Notes: generated by a model from the sequence alone, not told the origin. Positions 30,275 to 40,211 are shown, counted from the stretch's first letter. The stretch is DNA of 64,000 nucleotides from an uncultured Clostridia bacterium (GCA_948433435.1 CAOJDX010000004.1:1058-65057); one strand, 5' to 3'. Translations and numbers: made by a program.

Positions 30275-31660
30275 ATGCGCTTTTGTGATAAGCTAGCAAA
30301 AGAAAGAAAAAATAATAATTTGAGTCAGGAACAACTTGCAGACAAATTAGGAGTTTCTAGACAAGCAGTTTCCAAATGGGAATCAGCAGCATCTTATCCA
30401 GATATGGATAAAATTATTCAAATGACAAAAATATTAAATTGTACTTTAGAGGATTTGTTAGATGATGGTACAATGGGAGTAACTAAACCTTACAATAAAT
30501 TAAACATCTATAGTTACTTACAAGACTTTTTAAAATTTATTACTAAATCATACAATATGTTTTGTAGTATGACTTTCAAAGAAAAAATAAAATGTTTATT
30601 TGAATTATCAATAATATTACTATTGTTAATAGGAACTTTTGTATTCTTAGATGAGATTACTTATTATGTCATCTTAGAAGTATTCACAAAAATTCCAGTA
30701 ATTGGCTATGAATTAAGAGATATCTTAAATAATTTAGTAATTGTTATCCTTTTGATATTATCTATTATTATCTTTATTCATTTATTCAAAATTAGATATT
30801 TAGATTACTTTATTACCATTGAAGACTCTAATGCAACAGAAAAAACAATAGAAGATCCAATTGATAAAAAAGAAACTAAGTTTTATAAAGAAAAACAAAA
30901 AGAAAAAATTGTAATTAGAGATCCTAAACATTCTACAATGAGTTTTTATCATTTTCTGATGAAGATAATTATTCTTATTTTAAAAATAACAGCAATCTTC
31001 TTAATTATACCAGTAATATTTACTTTTATTACTTTAATTATTATGGCAATAGTAAGTGTTTGTCATATAAATTATAGTTTAATATTTCTCTACATAGCTT
31101 TAGCTTGTCTTGCTGGTAGTTTATTATGTTACTTAATCCTTAATTTTCTATATAATTTTATTTTCAATAAAGAAATTAACTTTAAAAGAATATTTATAAT
31201 GATGATCAGTAGCTTTGTTGTAATAGGAATTTCTACAGGTCTATTCATTACCAATATCCTAAATTGCAAGCTACTAGACAACTATGATGATCTATCAAAA
31301 ATTACTAAGACAGAGTATCTACAAATAAATCCCAATACTGTTATTTATTATCCACATGACTATAAAAAGGGAATCATTGAATATAATATAGATAATAATA
31401 TAACTGAAGCAAAAATGGAAGTTACTTATTTAAGTGGAACAACTTATCACTTAACCCATAATACAGAAGACTTAGAAAAGGACTATTATTTTATTTATCC
31501 TTCAGGGATAGATTTATTAAATGCCTATAAAATTGTGATAAATGATTTAAAACATAAAATAATTAGAAATTACAATTACCAAAATATAACTAAAATAAAA
31601 ATTTATGTAACCGAAAAAGATTATCAAATATTAAAACAAAATAGTAATAATATAGAATAG
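30275..31660 (+). CDS. Membrane-bound XRE-family HTH transcriptional regulator (N-terminal HTH_3, central TM segments, C-terminal extracytoplasmic domain)
   Basis: LSQEQLADKLGVSRQAVSKWESAASYPDMDKIIQMTKILNCTLEDLL is a canonical XRE HTH. Multiple TM segments follow. RBS GGAGGTG upstream. Confidence 0.65.
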   Translation: MRFCDKLAKERKNNNLSQEQLADKLGVSRQAVSKWESAASYPDMDKIIQMTKILNCTLEDLLDDGTMGVTKPYNKLNIYSYLQDFLKFITKSYNMFCSMTFKEKIKCLFELSIILLLLIGTFVFLDEITYYVILEVFTKIPVIGYELRDILNNLVIVILLILSIIIFIHLFKIRYLDYFITIEDSNATEKTIEDPIDKKETKFYKEKQKEKIVIRDPKHSTMSFYHFLMKIIILILKITAIFLIIPVIFTFITLIIMAIVSVCHINYSLIFLYIALACLAGSLLCYLILNFLYNFIFNKEINFKRIFIMMISSFVVIGISTGLFITNILNCKLLDNYDDLSKITKTEYLQINPNTVIYYPHDYKKGIIEYNIDNNITEAKMEVTYLSGTTYHLTHNTEDLEKDYYFIYPSGIDLLNAYKIVINDLKHKIIRNYNYQNITKIKIYVTEKDYQILKQNSNNIE

Positions 31661-31665
31661 AAAAG

Positions 31666-31698
31666 ATCCATTAATCAAAATATTAATGGTCTTTTTTT
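31666..31698 (+). terminator. Rho-independent terminator
   Basis: atccattaat/attaatggt stem followed by T7. Confidence 0.55.
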
Positions 31699-31827
31699 GT
31701 TATAAATAAGTTAAGAATATGGTCATTAAAATAATGTTTCTAGATAATAAAGTATTTTCAAAATTTTACATTAATCTTTTTATAGTTTTATGATATACTA
31801 TTTATAAATAAAAGGTTGGTGCAGTAA

Positions 31828-32385
31828 TTGATGAAGAAAAAAACAAAAATCATACTAATTGTTTCCATAATAGCAATGATCTTTTTAATAGTAGGGCTAT
31901 TTATTGGAAACATGAAAAAAGATAAAAAGAAAACACAACAAGTCATGGAGATTATTTTAAAAGAATCGAAAGAATTTGAAAATAATGTTCTCTCTTTCAA
32001 CGAAAGAAGGGAAGAAGTTTATACAGAAATTTTTATAGAAACATATTATGATACAATAAAAGAAAATCATGATAAATGGAGTAATTTGTTAGAAGAATAT
32101 GAAACAACAATCGATAAAATAGAAAATGCCTCAAAGAATTTAAAAAAATATTGTAATGGGATGTACTATAGCAAAGCCGAAGTTAATCAAAAGTGTAACG
32201 ATTTTTCAGCACTATATGAAGAAATAAACAATACCTTTGTAAGTGACATTGAATCATATAATAAAACAATCGAAGAATATAATGAGTATGCCAAAGAAAA
32301 TAATGTTGAGGCTGTCAGTACTTATCAAACCAAAAAGAAATATATAGATTATAATAAAGATAAAAGTTATAGTGGTAAGGAGTAA
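31828..32385 (+). CDS. Hypothetical membrane-anchored protein with a coiled-coil ectodomain
   Basis: 185 aa. N-terminal TM, E/K-rich remainder. Confidence 0.4.
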   Translation: MMKKKTKIILIVSIIAMIFLIVGLFIGNMKKDKKKTQQVMEIILKESKEFENNVLSFNERREEVYTEIFIETYYDTIKENHDKWSNLLEEYETTIDKIENASKNLKKYCNGMYYSKAEVNQKCNDFSALYEEINNTFVSDIESYNKTIEEYNEYAKENNVEAVSTYQTKKKYIDYNKDKSYSGKE

Positions 32386-32387
32386 GT

Positions 32388-33434
32388 ATGGTAAAAAAGT
32401 TCAAAATCAAAAATAAATTAAGTAAAACAAAAAAAATAGTAATCGCTCTAATCAGTAGCTTTTTCCTTTGCATAGGAATCTTTTTTCTTTTATTATATGG
32501 ACCATATGATGGATTTAGAAATTTCTGGATTACTTCTAGTATGACTACAATGTCTCATCAATATCTAGCAAAATGGTTTTTTAGTGATGAAGAAATTTAC
32601 AAAGTACTTGCAATGAATGGAATTATTGAATCAAAAGAAAATTCTAACCCCAATCTAATTAAGATTAAAAAGTATGATGGAAAGTCTAAAGTATATAAAA
32701 ATAAATATGAAAAAGAAATATTAACAAAAGATGAAGGAAATGATTTATATAAAGTAATTGAAATTAGTGGTGGCAAATATAAAGGATATTTAGTAGCAAT
32801 TTATGATCCCTCTAGAGTTAGTGTAGCAACAACAAGATATTTAGGAAAAAGAGGAGAAGCAATAACTACTGTTGCAAAAAATAATGATGCCAAAATTGCT
32901 ATAAATGCTGGAGGATTTTATGACCCAGATTGGAATAGTAATGGAGCGCTTCCTCATGGAATCGTAATTTCTAATGGAAAATTATTAGGAGATTATAACA
33001 AAGCCAATGTTGGTGGAGGAGTAGTAGGTTTTACTAAAGAGGATAAGTTAGTATTAGGAAGATGGAGTGCAAAAGAAGCTATTAATATGGGAATTAGAGA
33101 TGCGGTAGAGTTTGGTCCCTTTCTAATTGTAAATGGCAAAAGTTCCTTTGTAAAAGGTAATGGTGGCTGGGGAATCGCTCCACGTACTGCGATTGGTCAA
33201 AGAAAAGATGGAATTGTTTTATTTTTGATTATTAACGGTAGAATTCCCAGTAGTATTGGAGCAGATATGTCCGATTTAACAGAAGTTATGGAAAACTACG
33301 GAGCTGTAAACGCAGCTAATATGGATGGCGGAAGCTCAACAGAATTAGTCATTAACCATAAAATTATCAATAAACCAGTTGCAGCAGGCAAAAATGGTCT
33401 TAGAGATTTACCAACATTTTGGATTGTAAAATAA
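32388..33434 (+). CDS. Phosphodiester glycosidase family protein (DUF2233 / NAGPA-like), membrane-anchored
   Basis: N-terminal TM. Motifs INAGGFYDPDW, GPFLIVNGK and C-terminal NMDGGSSTELV are characteristic of DUF2233. Confidence 0.55.
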   Translation: MVKKFKIKNKLSKTKKIVIALISSFFLCIGIFFLLLYGPYDGFRNFWITSSMTTMSHQYLAKWFFSDEEIYKVLAMNGIIESKENSNPNLIKIKKYDGKSKVYKNKYEKEILTKDEGNDLYKVIEISGGKYKGYLVAIYDPSRVSVATTRYLGKRGEAITTVAKNNDAKIAINAGGFYDPDWNSNGALPHGIVISNGKLLGDYNKANVGGGVVGFTKEDKLVLGRWSAKEAINMGIRDAVEFGPFLIVNGKSSFVKGNGGWGIAPRTAIGQRKDGIVLFLIINGRIPSSIGADMSDLTEVMENYGAVNAANMDGGSSTELVINHKIINKPVAAGKNGLRDLPTFWIVK

Positions 33435-33452
33435 AAAAATTAGGGATGTTAT

Positions 33453-34541
33453 ATGAAACAAGAACCATTTACTCAATTTTATATTAAAAAAATAATGAAA
33501 AACAAAAAGTCGGCTAATTCGTCAAAAGATTCAGTATCTTTTATAAAAAATAATTATGAAAAATTATTAGAGACTATTCCAGAAGGCGAATTAGTTCCCG
33601 TAATTAGAACACTATACCAATATAAAGAATTGAAAAAGTTCATGGATGAAAAATTTGTTTTAAATATGAGTAAAGCAAAAAATTATTCTATAGATATGAT
33701 CGTAGAAATTTATAATAATGGAAGAAGTAGGGAAGAACAAGATCAATTTTTATGTGAAAAATTACCATTAATAATTGATCAAATAGATAGCAATAGTCTC
33801 TTTCACTATTTAAAATGGAAAAAAATAAGTCCGAAAATAAGAGAAAAATTAAATCAAAAAATTCTTCAATTTAAAGAAGATTACATTAGGAATTATATTC
33901 TAAAAAACCAAAGTAAAGATTATCACTTTGATGAAGATACAGCATATTTATTAACCAAGCTAATAGAAGAGATTTTAGTCCATGAACAAAAAGATTATAT
34001 AGACATCAATTATCTTCAAAGTGGAAGCTATTCTCACACCTTTGAAATAGGCTCTAAAATATTGAAAATTGGACAACGAAGAAAAACTTATCAAATCCCC
34101 TATGACAAAAGAATAATACAACCATTAATTAGAGTGGATTTAACAGATTTATCCTCTACTAATATAGGAACAATTGAGGTATGTGAAAGAGTGTTAACAG
34201 ATGTTAATTTAAATGAAGAAGATTTATATAAAATATATAAAGATTTCAGAGTACGAGGTAAAATTTGGACCGATGTCAAAAGCAGTAATATAGGAATACT
34301 ATTGAAAGATAATAAAAGGCACTGGAATACTCCTTTAGGAGAGTCAAAAAGAGCAGTTGGATATTTAGAAGATGAATATTTTGATCAGGATCATGAAATT
34401 TTATCAGCTGGTGAACCAGTAGTTTTAGATAGCGATTTTATTTATAAAGAAGATGACCCTTATATTGTTTGGATAACATTATTGTCAATTGAATTTGAGA
34501 AAAAATATCAATTAGAAATGAAAAAATCAAAGGAAAAGTAA
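33453..34541 (+). CDS. Hypothetical protein: about 190-aa helical N-terminal domain plus C-terminal atypical protein-kinase-like domain (minimal RIO/Kdo-kinase-like)
   Basis: Gly-rich loop SGSYSHTFEIGSKILKI (G-loop then Lys), catalytic-loop-like WTDVKSSNIGIL (D-x-K-x-x-N) and DFG-like VVLDSDF. Read from sequence only. Confidence 0.5.
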   Translation: MKQEPFTQFYIKKIMKNKKSANSSKDSVSFIKNNYEKLLETIPEGELVPVIRTLYQYKELKKFMDEKFVLNMSKAKNYSIDMIVEIYNNGRSREEQDQFLCEKLPLIIDQIDSNSLFHYLKWKKISPKIREKLNQKILQFKEDYIRNYILKNQSKDYHFDEDTAYLLTKLIEEILVHEQKDYIDINYLQSGSYSHTFEIGSKILKIGQRRKTYQIPYDKRIIQPLIRVDLTDLSSTNIGTIEVCERVLTDVNLNEEDLYKIYKDFRVRGKIWTDVKSSNIGILLKDNKRHWNTPLGESKRAVGYLEDEYFDQDHEILSAGEPVVLDSDFIYKEDDPYIVWITLLSIEFEKKYQLEMKKSKEK

Positions 34542-34590
34542 AGATCTAAATTTTGTATTTTAATACAAATAGATAGAATAGGGGGCTTAT

Positions 34591-35435
34591 ATGCAAAGTA
34601 ATCAAATAATAGGAATAACTACTACATATATTGATAATTTAATGAAGGATAAAAATGCTATTCCTTATATTAAAAAAAATTATGAAAAATTGCTTAACCA
34701 TATTTCTCATAATTATATAACATCTGTTTTAATTAAGTTATATAGAAATAAAGAATTACAAAGCTTTATGGATGAAAAATTTTGTGTAACTTTACAAAAA
34801 TTTCCAGCTAATAAAATAGAAACAATTATTAGTATTTATATTTATAATAGAAGTCCTGAAGAAGCTACTATTTTTCTAAATGAAAAACTTAGTGAGTTAA
34901 TCAATAAGGAAGATAATATTCGTTTTTTATATTACCTAAAATTTAAGGATATTAGTGAAGAAATAAGAGAAAAATTAAATAACAGAATCAAAAAATATAA
35001 AGAGGACTATATAAAATTATATATAATGAAAAATCAAAAATATTATTGGCTTGATGAGGAAATGCTTGCTTTATTAGAGGGATTATTCCAAGAAATACTA
35101 GATCATGAGGGAAAGGAATGGATCGATATAGAATATATTGATTCAGGAGGTTACTCGCATGTTTATGAAATCGGTTCTAAAGTATTAAAAATTGGCAAAG
35201 AAAGAAATTCCTATAAAATTCCTTATCACAGAAGAATATTACAACTGGCTTTATAGAAGATCAACAATTTGATCTAAATGAAGAAGGTTTAAGAAAAGGA
35301 GAGTTAGTTATACTAGACAGCGATTATATTTTCTATGAAAATGATCCCCATATAGAATGGGTAAACCCTTTAGCTGTTTTATTTGAAGAAAGATATCAAT
35401 TAGAAAAAAATATTTCTAAAAATAAATTAAAATAA
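34591..35435 (+). pseudogene. Degenerate paralog of the 33453 gene. The N-terminal domain and G-loop are retained, the catalytic segment is deleted, and a frameshift separates a C-terminal remnant (35257..35435).
   Basis: The 34591..35256 ORF matches the paralog through YSHVYEIGSKVLKIGKERNSYKIPYHRRILQ and then stops. The downstream frame encodes GELVILDSDYIFYENDPHIEWVNPLAVLFEERYQLEK, matching the paralog C-terminus. About 95 aa including the D-x-K-x-x-N loop are missing. Confidence 0.55.
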
Positions 35436-35446
35436 AGCTATTTTTC

Positions 35447-35475
35447 TTGTATCTATTGATGATTTACGTTATAAT
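35447..35475 (+). promoter_or_regulatory. Sigma-A-type promoter of tig
   Basis: TTGTAT, 17 nt spacer, TATAAT, ending 22 nt before the tig RBS. Confidence 0.45.
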
Positions 35476-35497
35476 ATAGCTTGTTGGAGGTTATAAA

Positions 35498-36802
35498 ATG
35501 GCAAAAGAAAAAGAAGTAAAAACAAAAGAAGTAAAAAAAGAGGAAAAAACAAAGAAAAACATACATGAAGTAGAAACTAAAATTGAGGGAGAAGCTTGGC
35601 AAAAAGCAATAGATAAAGCCTTTAAGAAAAAACAAAAAGAAGTAAAAGTAAATGGATTTAGAAAAGGTAAAGTACCAAGAAATATTTATGAGAAAAATTT
35701 TGGAAAGGAATCTTTATTTATTGATGCTGCTGAGGAAGTATTACAAGATGCTTATACAAAAGTAATGGAAGAATCAAAATTAATTCCTGTAGTACAACCA
35801 TCCGTAGATATTAAAGAAATAGATGCTGAAAAAGTAACTTTTACATTTAAAATTATTACTAAACCAGAAATTAACATTAAAAAATATAAAGGATTAAAGA
35901 TCCAAAAAGAAGAAGTAAAAGTAACTAAAGAAGAAGTTGACCATGAAATAAGTCATTTACTTGAAGAATATGTGGAAGCAGTTACGAAAGATGGAAAAGT
36001 AGAAAATGGCAATATTGCAGTAATTGATTTTGAAGGTTTTAAAGAAGGTAAAGCCTTTGATGGAGGAAAAGGAGAAAATTATCAACTAGAGATTGGTTCT
36101 AATACCTTTATTCCAGGCTTCGAAGAAAAAATAATTGGAATGAAAGCAGGCGAAGAAAAAGATTTGGATTTAACTTTCCCTGAAGATTACCAAGCAAGTG
36201 ATTTAGCTGGTCAAAAAGTAGTTTTCCATGTAAAGGTAAATGAAGTAAAAGAAAAAGTTCAAAGAGAACTTAATGAAGACTTTTTTGAGGACTTAGCTAT
36301 GGAGGGAGTTAAAGACGAAAAATCATTAAGAGATAATCTAGAAAATTCCCTTAAACATCAAAAAGAAATGGAAGTAGAAAATAAATATGTAGAAGAGCTT
36401 CTTGCAGAAGTTTCTAAAAATGTAGAAGTAGATATTCCGCAAGAAATGGTAGAAGAAGAAGCCAGTCGTCTAATGAATAGATTTGCCCAACAAATGCAAA
36501 TGCAAGGAATTAGCTTAGATATTTATTATCAATTTACTAAATCAAGTGAAGCTGATCTTAGAAAAGAGATTGAACCTGAAGCCTACCAAAATGTTTTATA
36601 TCGTTTAATGCTTGAAGAAATAATGAAATTAGAAAAAATAGAAGTAAGCCAAAAAGAGGTAGAAGAAGAAGCCGAAAAAATGGCAAAAAACTATCAAATG
36701 GAAAAAGAAGAACTAATGAAGCAAATAGGTGAGTTAGATATGCTTCAATATGAACTTGAAATACAAAAAACAGTAGATGCATTAAAAGAATTAAATAAAT
36801 AA
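35498..36802 (+). CDS. tig: Trigger factor (ribosome-associated peptidyl-prolyl isomerase chaperone) with a Lys/Glu-rich N-terminal extension
   Basis: N-terminal ribosome-binding signature GFRKGKVPRNIYEKNFG, central FKBP-like domain (IAVIDFEGF...GSNTFIPGFEEKIIGMKAGEEKD) and C-terminal domain. Confidence 0.9.
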   Translation: MAKEKEVKTKEVKKEEKTKKNIHEVETKIEGEAWQKAIDKAFKKKQKEVKVNGFRKGKVPRNIYEKNFGKESLFIDAAEEVLQDAYTKVMEESKLIPVVQPSVDIKEIDAEKVTFTFKIITKPEINIKKYKGLKIQKEEVKVTKEEVDHEISHLLEEYVEAVTKDGKVENGNIAVIDFEGFKEGKAFDGGKGENYQLEIGSNTFIPGFEEKIIGMKAGEEKDLDLTFPEDYQASDLAGQKVVFHVKVNEVKEKVQRELNEDFFEDLAMEGVKDEKSLRDNLENSLKHQKEMEVENKYVEELLAEVSKNVEVDIPQEMVEEEASRLMNRFAQQMQMQGISLDIYYQFTKSSEADLRKEIEPEAYQNVLYRLMLEEIMKLEKIEVSQKEVEEEAEKMAKNYQMEKEELMKQIGELDMLQYELEIQKTVDALKELNK

Positions 36803-36803
36803 G

Positions 36804-36829
36804 AAAACTGGTTATAGACCAGTTTTTTA
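36804..36829 (+). terminator. Rho-independent terminator after tig
   Basis: aaaactggt/accagtttt stem plus T-run. Confidence 0.7.
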
Positions 36830-37066
36830 TATACAACAAACTCTAGAGATAAAATTAAGGAATATAAGGTATCATTGTTTTTCTCTATAAGATAATTTTT
36901 AGTCATATAGAAAAGTAATAGTGATAATTACTCTAATTTTGAAAAATATCGCTTTATAATACTTATAAATAAACACTACAAAATAATTCGATTAATCAGT
37001 AGTTATCTTACTGATCTATTGCCTTTTTTTACAAAAAATGATTTAATAAAAGTAAAGTAGAAGAGG

Positions 37067-38215
37067 GTGAATATCTTGGAACAAGAAAGTAAAAAATTAA
37101 CCAAAAAACAATTAAGAGGATTGCGAAAATTTAGGAGGAAAACTATTACAATCATAAGTATAATTTCCCTAATATCCTTATGGTTTAAAATAGGCCTAAA
37201 TCCTAACTGGCATTTTAATCATGTTGTAGCAGAAGGCTTAACACTATTTATTTTAATACTAATGGGAATCTTGTCAAATATTAGAAATGATTTTCCAATC
37301 TTTCAATTTAGAAAATTTGAATTTACGAAAGAATTTTCTTACTCAATAATAACAACATTCTCATTACTATTTATATTTATAATTTATAAAAATATTGTTG
37401 ATGTCAATTTCATCACATACATTGCTAATTTAAGTTTACACGATTTATCAACAATTATAGTATTTATAACTCCTATACTTTTACTAATTATCTATTTAAT
37501 TTATATTAGTTTTAAAATATTAGATGATAAGCAAGAACAATTCTCTAAAAAAGAAGCTATATATTCTACCGAAATTGAAAGAAATCTTAATCAATATAAA
37601 AGCTTAACCATTAAATTTATTTTTATAATAATGTTAATTTCAATTTGGATCAAGATTGGCTTCAATAATAATTTTTTCCTTTCAACAATCATCACTGAAT
37701 TGCTTTCTATATTTTCCATTACTCTTTTATGGATCATAGGAAACATAAAAAATAAATTAACTCCTTTCTATAACTGTCATTTTAAAATAGATAGATACTT
37801 CTTCTATTCACTACTTCTTCCATATTTGTTAATTGTGATTTATAGTGGTTTTAATTTTGATTTTCGTTTTTTAATAAATAGTATGGATTTAAAACGATTG
37901 ATTTCACTGCTAGTTTATATGTCTCCTTTATTTTTAATTTCCTCTATATTATTTTACATTGGATGTAGATGTCCAGAAAAAATAAAAGATTATAAGAAAA
38001 CTTATCATATAAAAAAATCAAAGGAAAGACAAAATGTCTTATTCTCTTTAGGACTAACAGCTATCTTATCAATTCTTCTATTTATTTACTGCTTTACTCA
38101 GATTGCCCCAAAACATAGCCTAGAAAATATTCTTCAGGCAATTATCATTTTTATTCCTTTATCTGTAGTATTTTATTTAATAATTTATTCGGAAATAAGA
38201 GAATTTAATAAATAA
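37067..38215 (+). CDS. Hypothetical polytopic membrane protein with an internal duplication
   Basis: 382 aa. Repeated module LISLWFKIGLNPNWHF... / MLISIWIKIGFNNNFF.... Confidence 0.45.
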   Translation: MNILEQESKKLTKKQLRGLRKFRRKTITIISIISLISLWFKIGLNPNWHFNHVVAEGLTLFILILMGILSNIRNDFPIFQFRKFEFTKEFSYSIITTFSLLFIFIIYKNIVDVNFITYIANLSLHDLSTIIVFITPILLLIIYLIYISFKILDDKQEQFSKKEAIYSTEIERNLNQYKSLTIKFIFIIMLISIWIKIGFNNNFFLSTIITELLSIFSITLLWIIGNIKNKLTPFYNCHFKIDRYFFYSLLLPYLLIVIYSGFNFDFRFLINSMDLKRLISLLVYMSPLFLISSILFYIGCRCPEKIKDYKKTYHIKKSKERQNVLFSLGLTAILSILLFIYCFTQIAPKHSLENILQAIIIFIPLSVVFYLIIYSEIREFNK

Positions 38216-38263
38216 GACTTTTTATTGGGTCTTATTTATTTTATAATAAAAAAGGAGGTAGTT

Positions 38264-38602
38264 ATGAAAGAGTTCAAAATAAAGGGACAGGATATTAAAC
38301 CACTGCTAGAATGGGAAGGACCTAGTGGTGCTATCGCAACAGACAAAATAATGGTCGAAGGAAATAAAATAGGGTATATGTACAGAGAAGAACCCAACAA
38401 AAACTATCCAGATAGTGGTTGGAGATTTTTTCAGGGTGAAGAAAGTGATGAATACATTAGTAATATTAAAAATTCAGGAATATATGATTTAAATACTATC
38501 TGTAATTATGATCCAGATATTATTCCTTTACTAAAATCACCTTATGGTATAGCTTACTATAGAGATAAAATGGGAACATTCAGAGGAGAAAAATTAAAAT
38601 AA
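38264..38602 (+). CDS. Small conserved hypothetical protein, possibly DUF2185/Imm33-like. The six-frame ORF starts at 38225; the internal Met at 38264 with RBS AAGGAGG is preferred.
   Basis: GGAGGTAGTT lies 6 nt before the ATG at 38264. Soluble, W/G-rich (EWEGPSGAIATDKIMVEGNKIGYMYREEP...DSGWRFFQGEE). Confidence 0.4.
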   Translation: MKEFKIKGQDIKPLLEWEGPSGAIATDKIMVEGNKIGYMYREEPNKNYPDSGWRFFQGEESDEYISNIKNSGIYDLNTICNYDPDIIPLLKSPYGIAYYRDKMGTFRGEKLK

Positions 38603-39174
38603 TGAATGTACAATTAGAAATTAATCGAATCGATAAATATTTAAGAGAGAATTTATCAAATGAAAGATATCTACATTCTATTAGAGTAATGCAAAAGGCT
38701 ATGCTTTATGCTAAAATCTACAATCAGAATGTGGAAAAAGTAAAAATAACAGCTTTAGCTCACGATATAGCAAAAGAATTTTCTAAAGAAGAAAATGAAC
38801 AGTATATTTTAGAAAATAATTTGGATAAAAACTTATTACTACCAGAAAATAAATATTTAATTCATGGCTATGTTGGAGCAGATATTTTAGAAAAAGATTA
38901 TCATTTTACTAAAGAAATGGGAGATGCAATTAGGTATCACACAACAGCACGGGATAAGATGACCATGCTTGATAAAATAATTTATTTAGCTGATAAAACA
39001 GAGGATGGAAGACAATATCCAAATATAGAAACTCAAAGGCAAGAAGCTCTAAAAAATATAAATAAAGCCATAATCTTAACACTAGAAAATAGTATTAGCC
39101 ATACAAAAAATAAAGGAAAGACCATAAATGAATTGTCGATAAAAGCCCTAACTGATTTAAAAAATAACCAATAA
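38602..39174 (+). CDS. HD-domain phosphohydrolase, YqeK-like
   Basis: 190 aa. HSIRV...ALAHDIAK HD motif. Start overlaps the previous stop (TAATG). Confidence 0.6.
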   Translation: MNVQLEINRIDKYLRENLSNERYLHSIRVMQKAMLYAKIYNQNVEKVKITALAHDIAKEFSKEENEQYILENNLDKNLLLPENKYLIHGYVGADILEKDYHFTKEMGDAIRYHTTARDKMTMLDKIIYLADKTEDGRQYPNIETQRQEALKNINKAIILTLENSISHTKNKGKTINELSIKALTDLKNNQ

Positions 39175-39238
39175 AAAAATTGACATTTTATAAGGTTATG
39201 ATATACTTTTATTAGTAGTAATCATTACTATTAAGGAG

Positions 39239-39613
39239 TTGGTCTTTTTGAGAAATACTAAACAAAAAGAACTCATTTTAACAATTATTAATCAAAGTTA
39301 TTCCCATCCTACAGCTATAGAAATTTATAAAGAATGTAGGAAAGAAATTTCTAATATTAGTTTAGGAACAGTTTATAGAAATCTTAATCTACTAGTAGAT
39401 CAATTACAAATTAAAAGAATTAAGATGCCTAATAATGTTGATCGTTATGATAAAATGGAAAATAGACATATTCATTTTATCTGTACAGTATGTAATAAAA
39501 TAATTGATTTAGAAGATTTAAAAGAACACCCGACAATGATTAATGAAAATAAAGTATTTGATTACGAAATGAATTTCAAAGGAATTTGCAAAAATTGTTT
39601 AGAAAAGGAGTGA
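39239..39613 (+). CDS. perR: Fur-family metalloregulator, likely peroxide-responsive PerR
   Basis: Fur-like DNA-binding helix ([11 protein letters not shown]), metal-binding HxH and CxxC pairs ([11 protein letters not shown]...CKNC). Immediately upstream of rubrerythrin. Confidence 0.65.
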   Translation: MVFLRNTKQKELILTIINQSYSHPTAIEIYKECRKEISNISLGTVYRNLNLLVDQLQIKRIKMPNNVDRYDKMENRHIHFICTVCNKIIDLEDLKEHPTMINENKVFDYEMNFKGICKNCLEKE

Positions 39614-39620
39614 AAATAAT

Positions 39621-40160
39621 ATGGAAAAAAATCTAAAAGGAACTAAAACAGAGCAAAATTTAATGACAGCATTTGCTGGAGAAAGTCAGGCTAGAAATAA
39701 ATATACTTATTTTGCAAGTGTAGCTAAAAAAGAAGGGTATGAACAAATATCACAAATTTTTTTAGAAACTGCTGATAATGAAAAAGAACATGCTAAAATG
39801 TGGTTCAAAGAATTAGGTGGAATAGGAACTACTGCTGAAAACTTAAAAGCAGCTGCTGAAGGAGAAAACTTTGAGTGGACTGATATGTATAAAGATTTTG
39901 CTAAAACAGCTAAAGAAGAAGGTTTTGACCGACTTGCTTTCTTGTTTGAGGAAGTTGGAAAAATTGAAAAAGAACATGAAGAAAGATATCGCAAGCTATT
40001 AACAAATGTTGAAGATGGATTAGTGTTCTCTAAGGATGGAGATAAAATTTGGCAGTGTCGTAATTGCGGACATATTGTAATTGGTAAAGAAGCTCCTAAA
40101 GTTTGTCCAGTTTGTAATCATCCTCAAGCTTATTTTGAAATTAAAAAAGAAAATTACTAA
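39621..40160 (+). CDS. rbr: Rubrerythrin (ferritin-like diiron domain plus C-terminal rubredoxin-like CxxC...CxxC)
   Basis: [22 protein letters not shown]...EKEHAKMWF and C-terminal CRNCGHI...CPVCNHP. Confidence 0.9.
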   Translation: MEKNLKGTKTEQNLMTAFAGESQARNKYTYFASVAKKEGYEQISQIFLETADNEKEHAKMWFKELGGIGTTAENLKAAAEGENFEWTDMYKDFAKTAKEEGFDRLAFLFEEVGKIEKEHEERYRKLLTNVEDGLVFSKDGDKIWQCRNCGHIVIGKEAPKVCPVCNHPQAYFEIKKENY

Positions 40161-40178
40161 AAAAATAAAATTTTTTAA

Positions 40179-40211
40179 AGATATTTCAAAGAAAGAAATA
40201 TCTTTTTTTTG
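40179..40211 (+). terminator. Rho-independent terminator after rbr
   Basis: agatatttc/gaaatatct stem with T8 tail. Confidence 0.75.

Noticed and set aside
34591-35256. Calling the 221-aa ORF an intact short paralog
   Set aside because: Downstream sequence in another frame still encodes the conserved C-terminal block, so this is a deletion plus frameshift derivative, not a bona fide short gene.
40018-40160. Rubrerythrin C-terminal CxxC...CxxC as a separate small rubredoxin gene
   Set aside because: It is in frame with and part of the 179-aa rubrerythrin ORF, which is the normal domain architecture.
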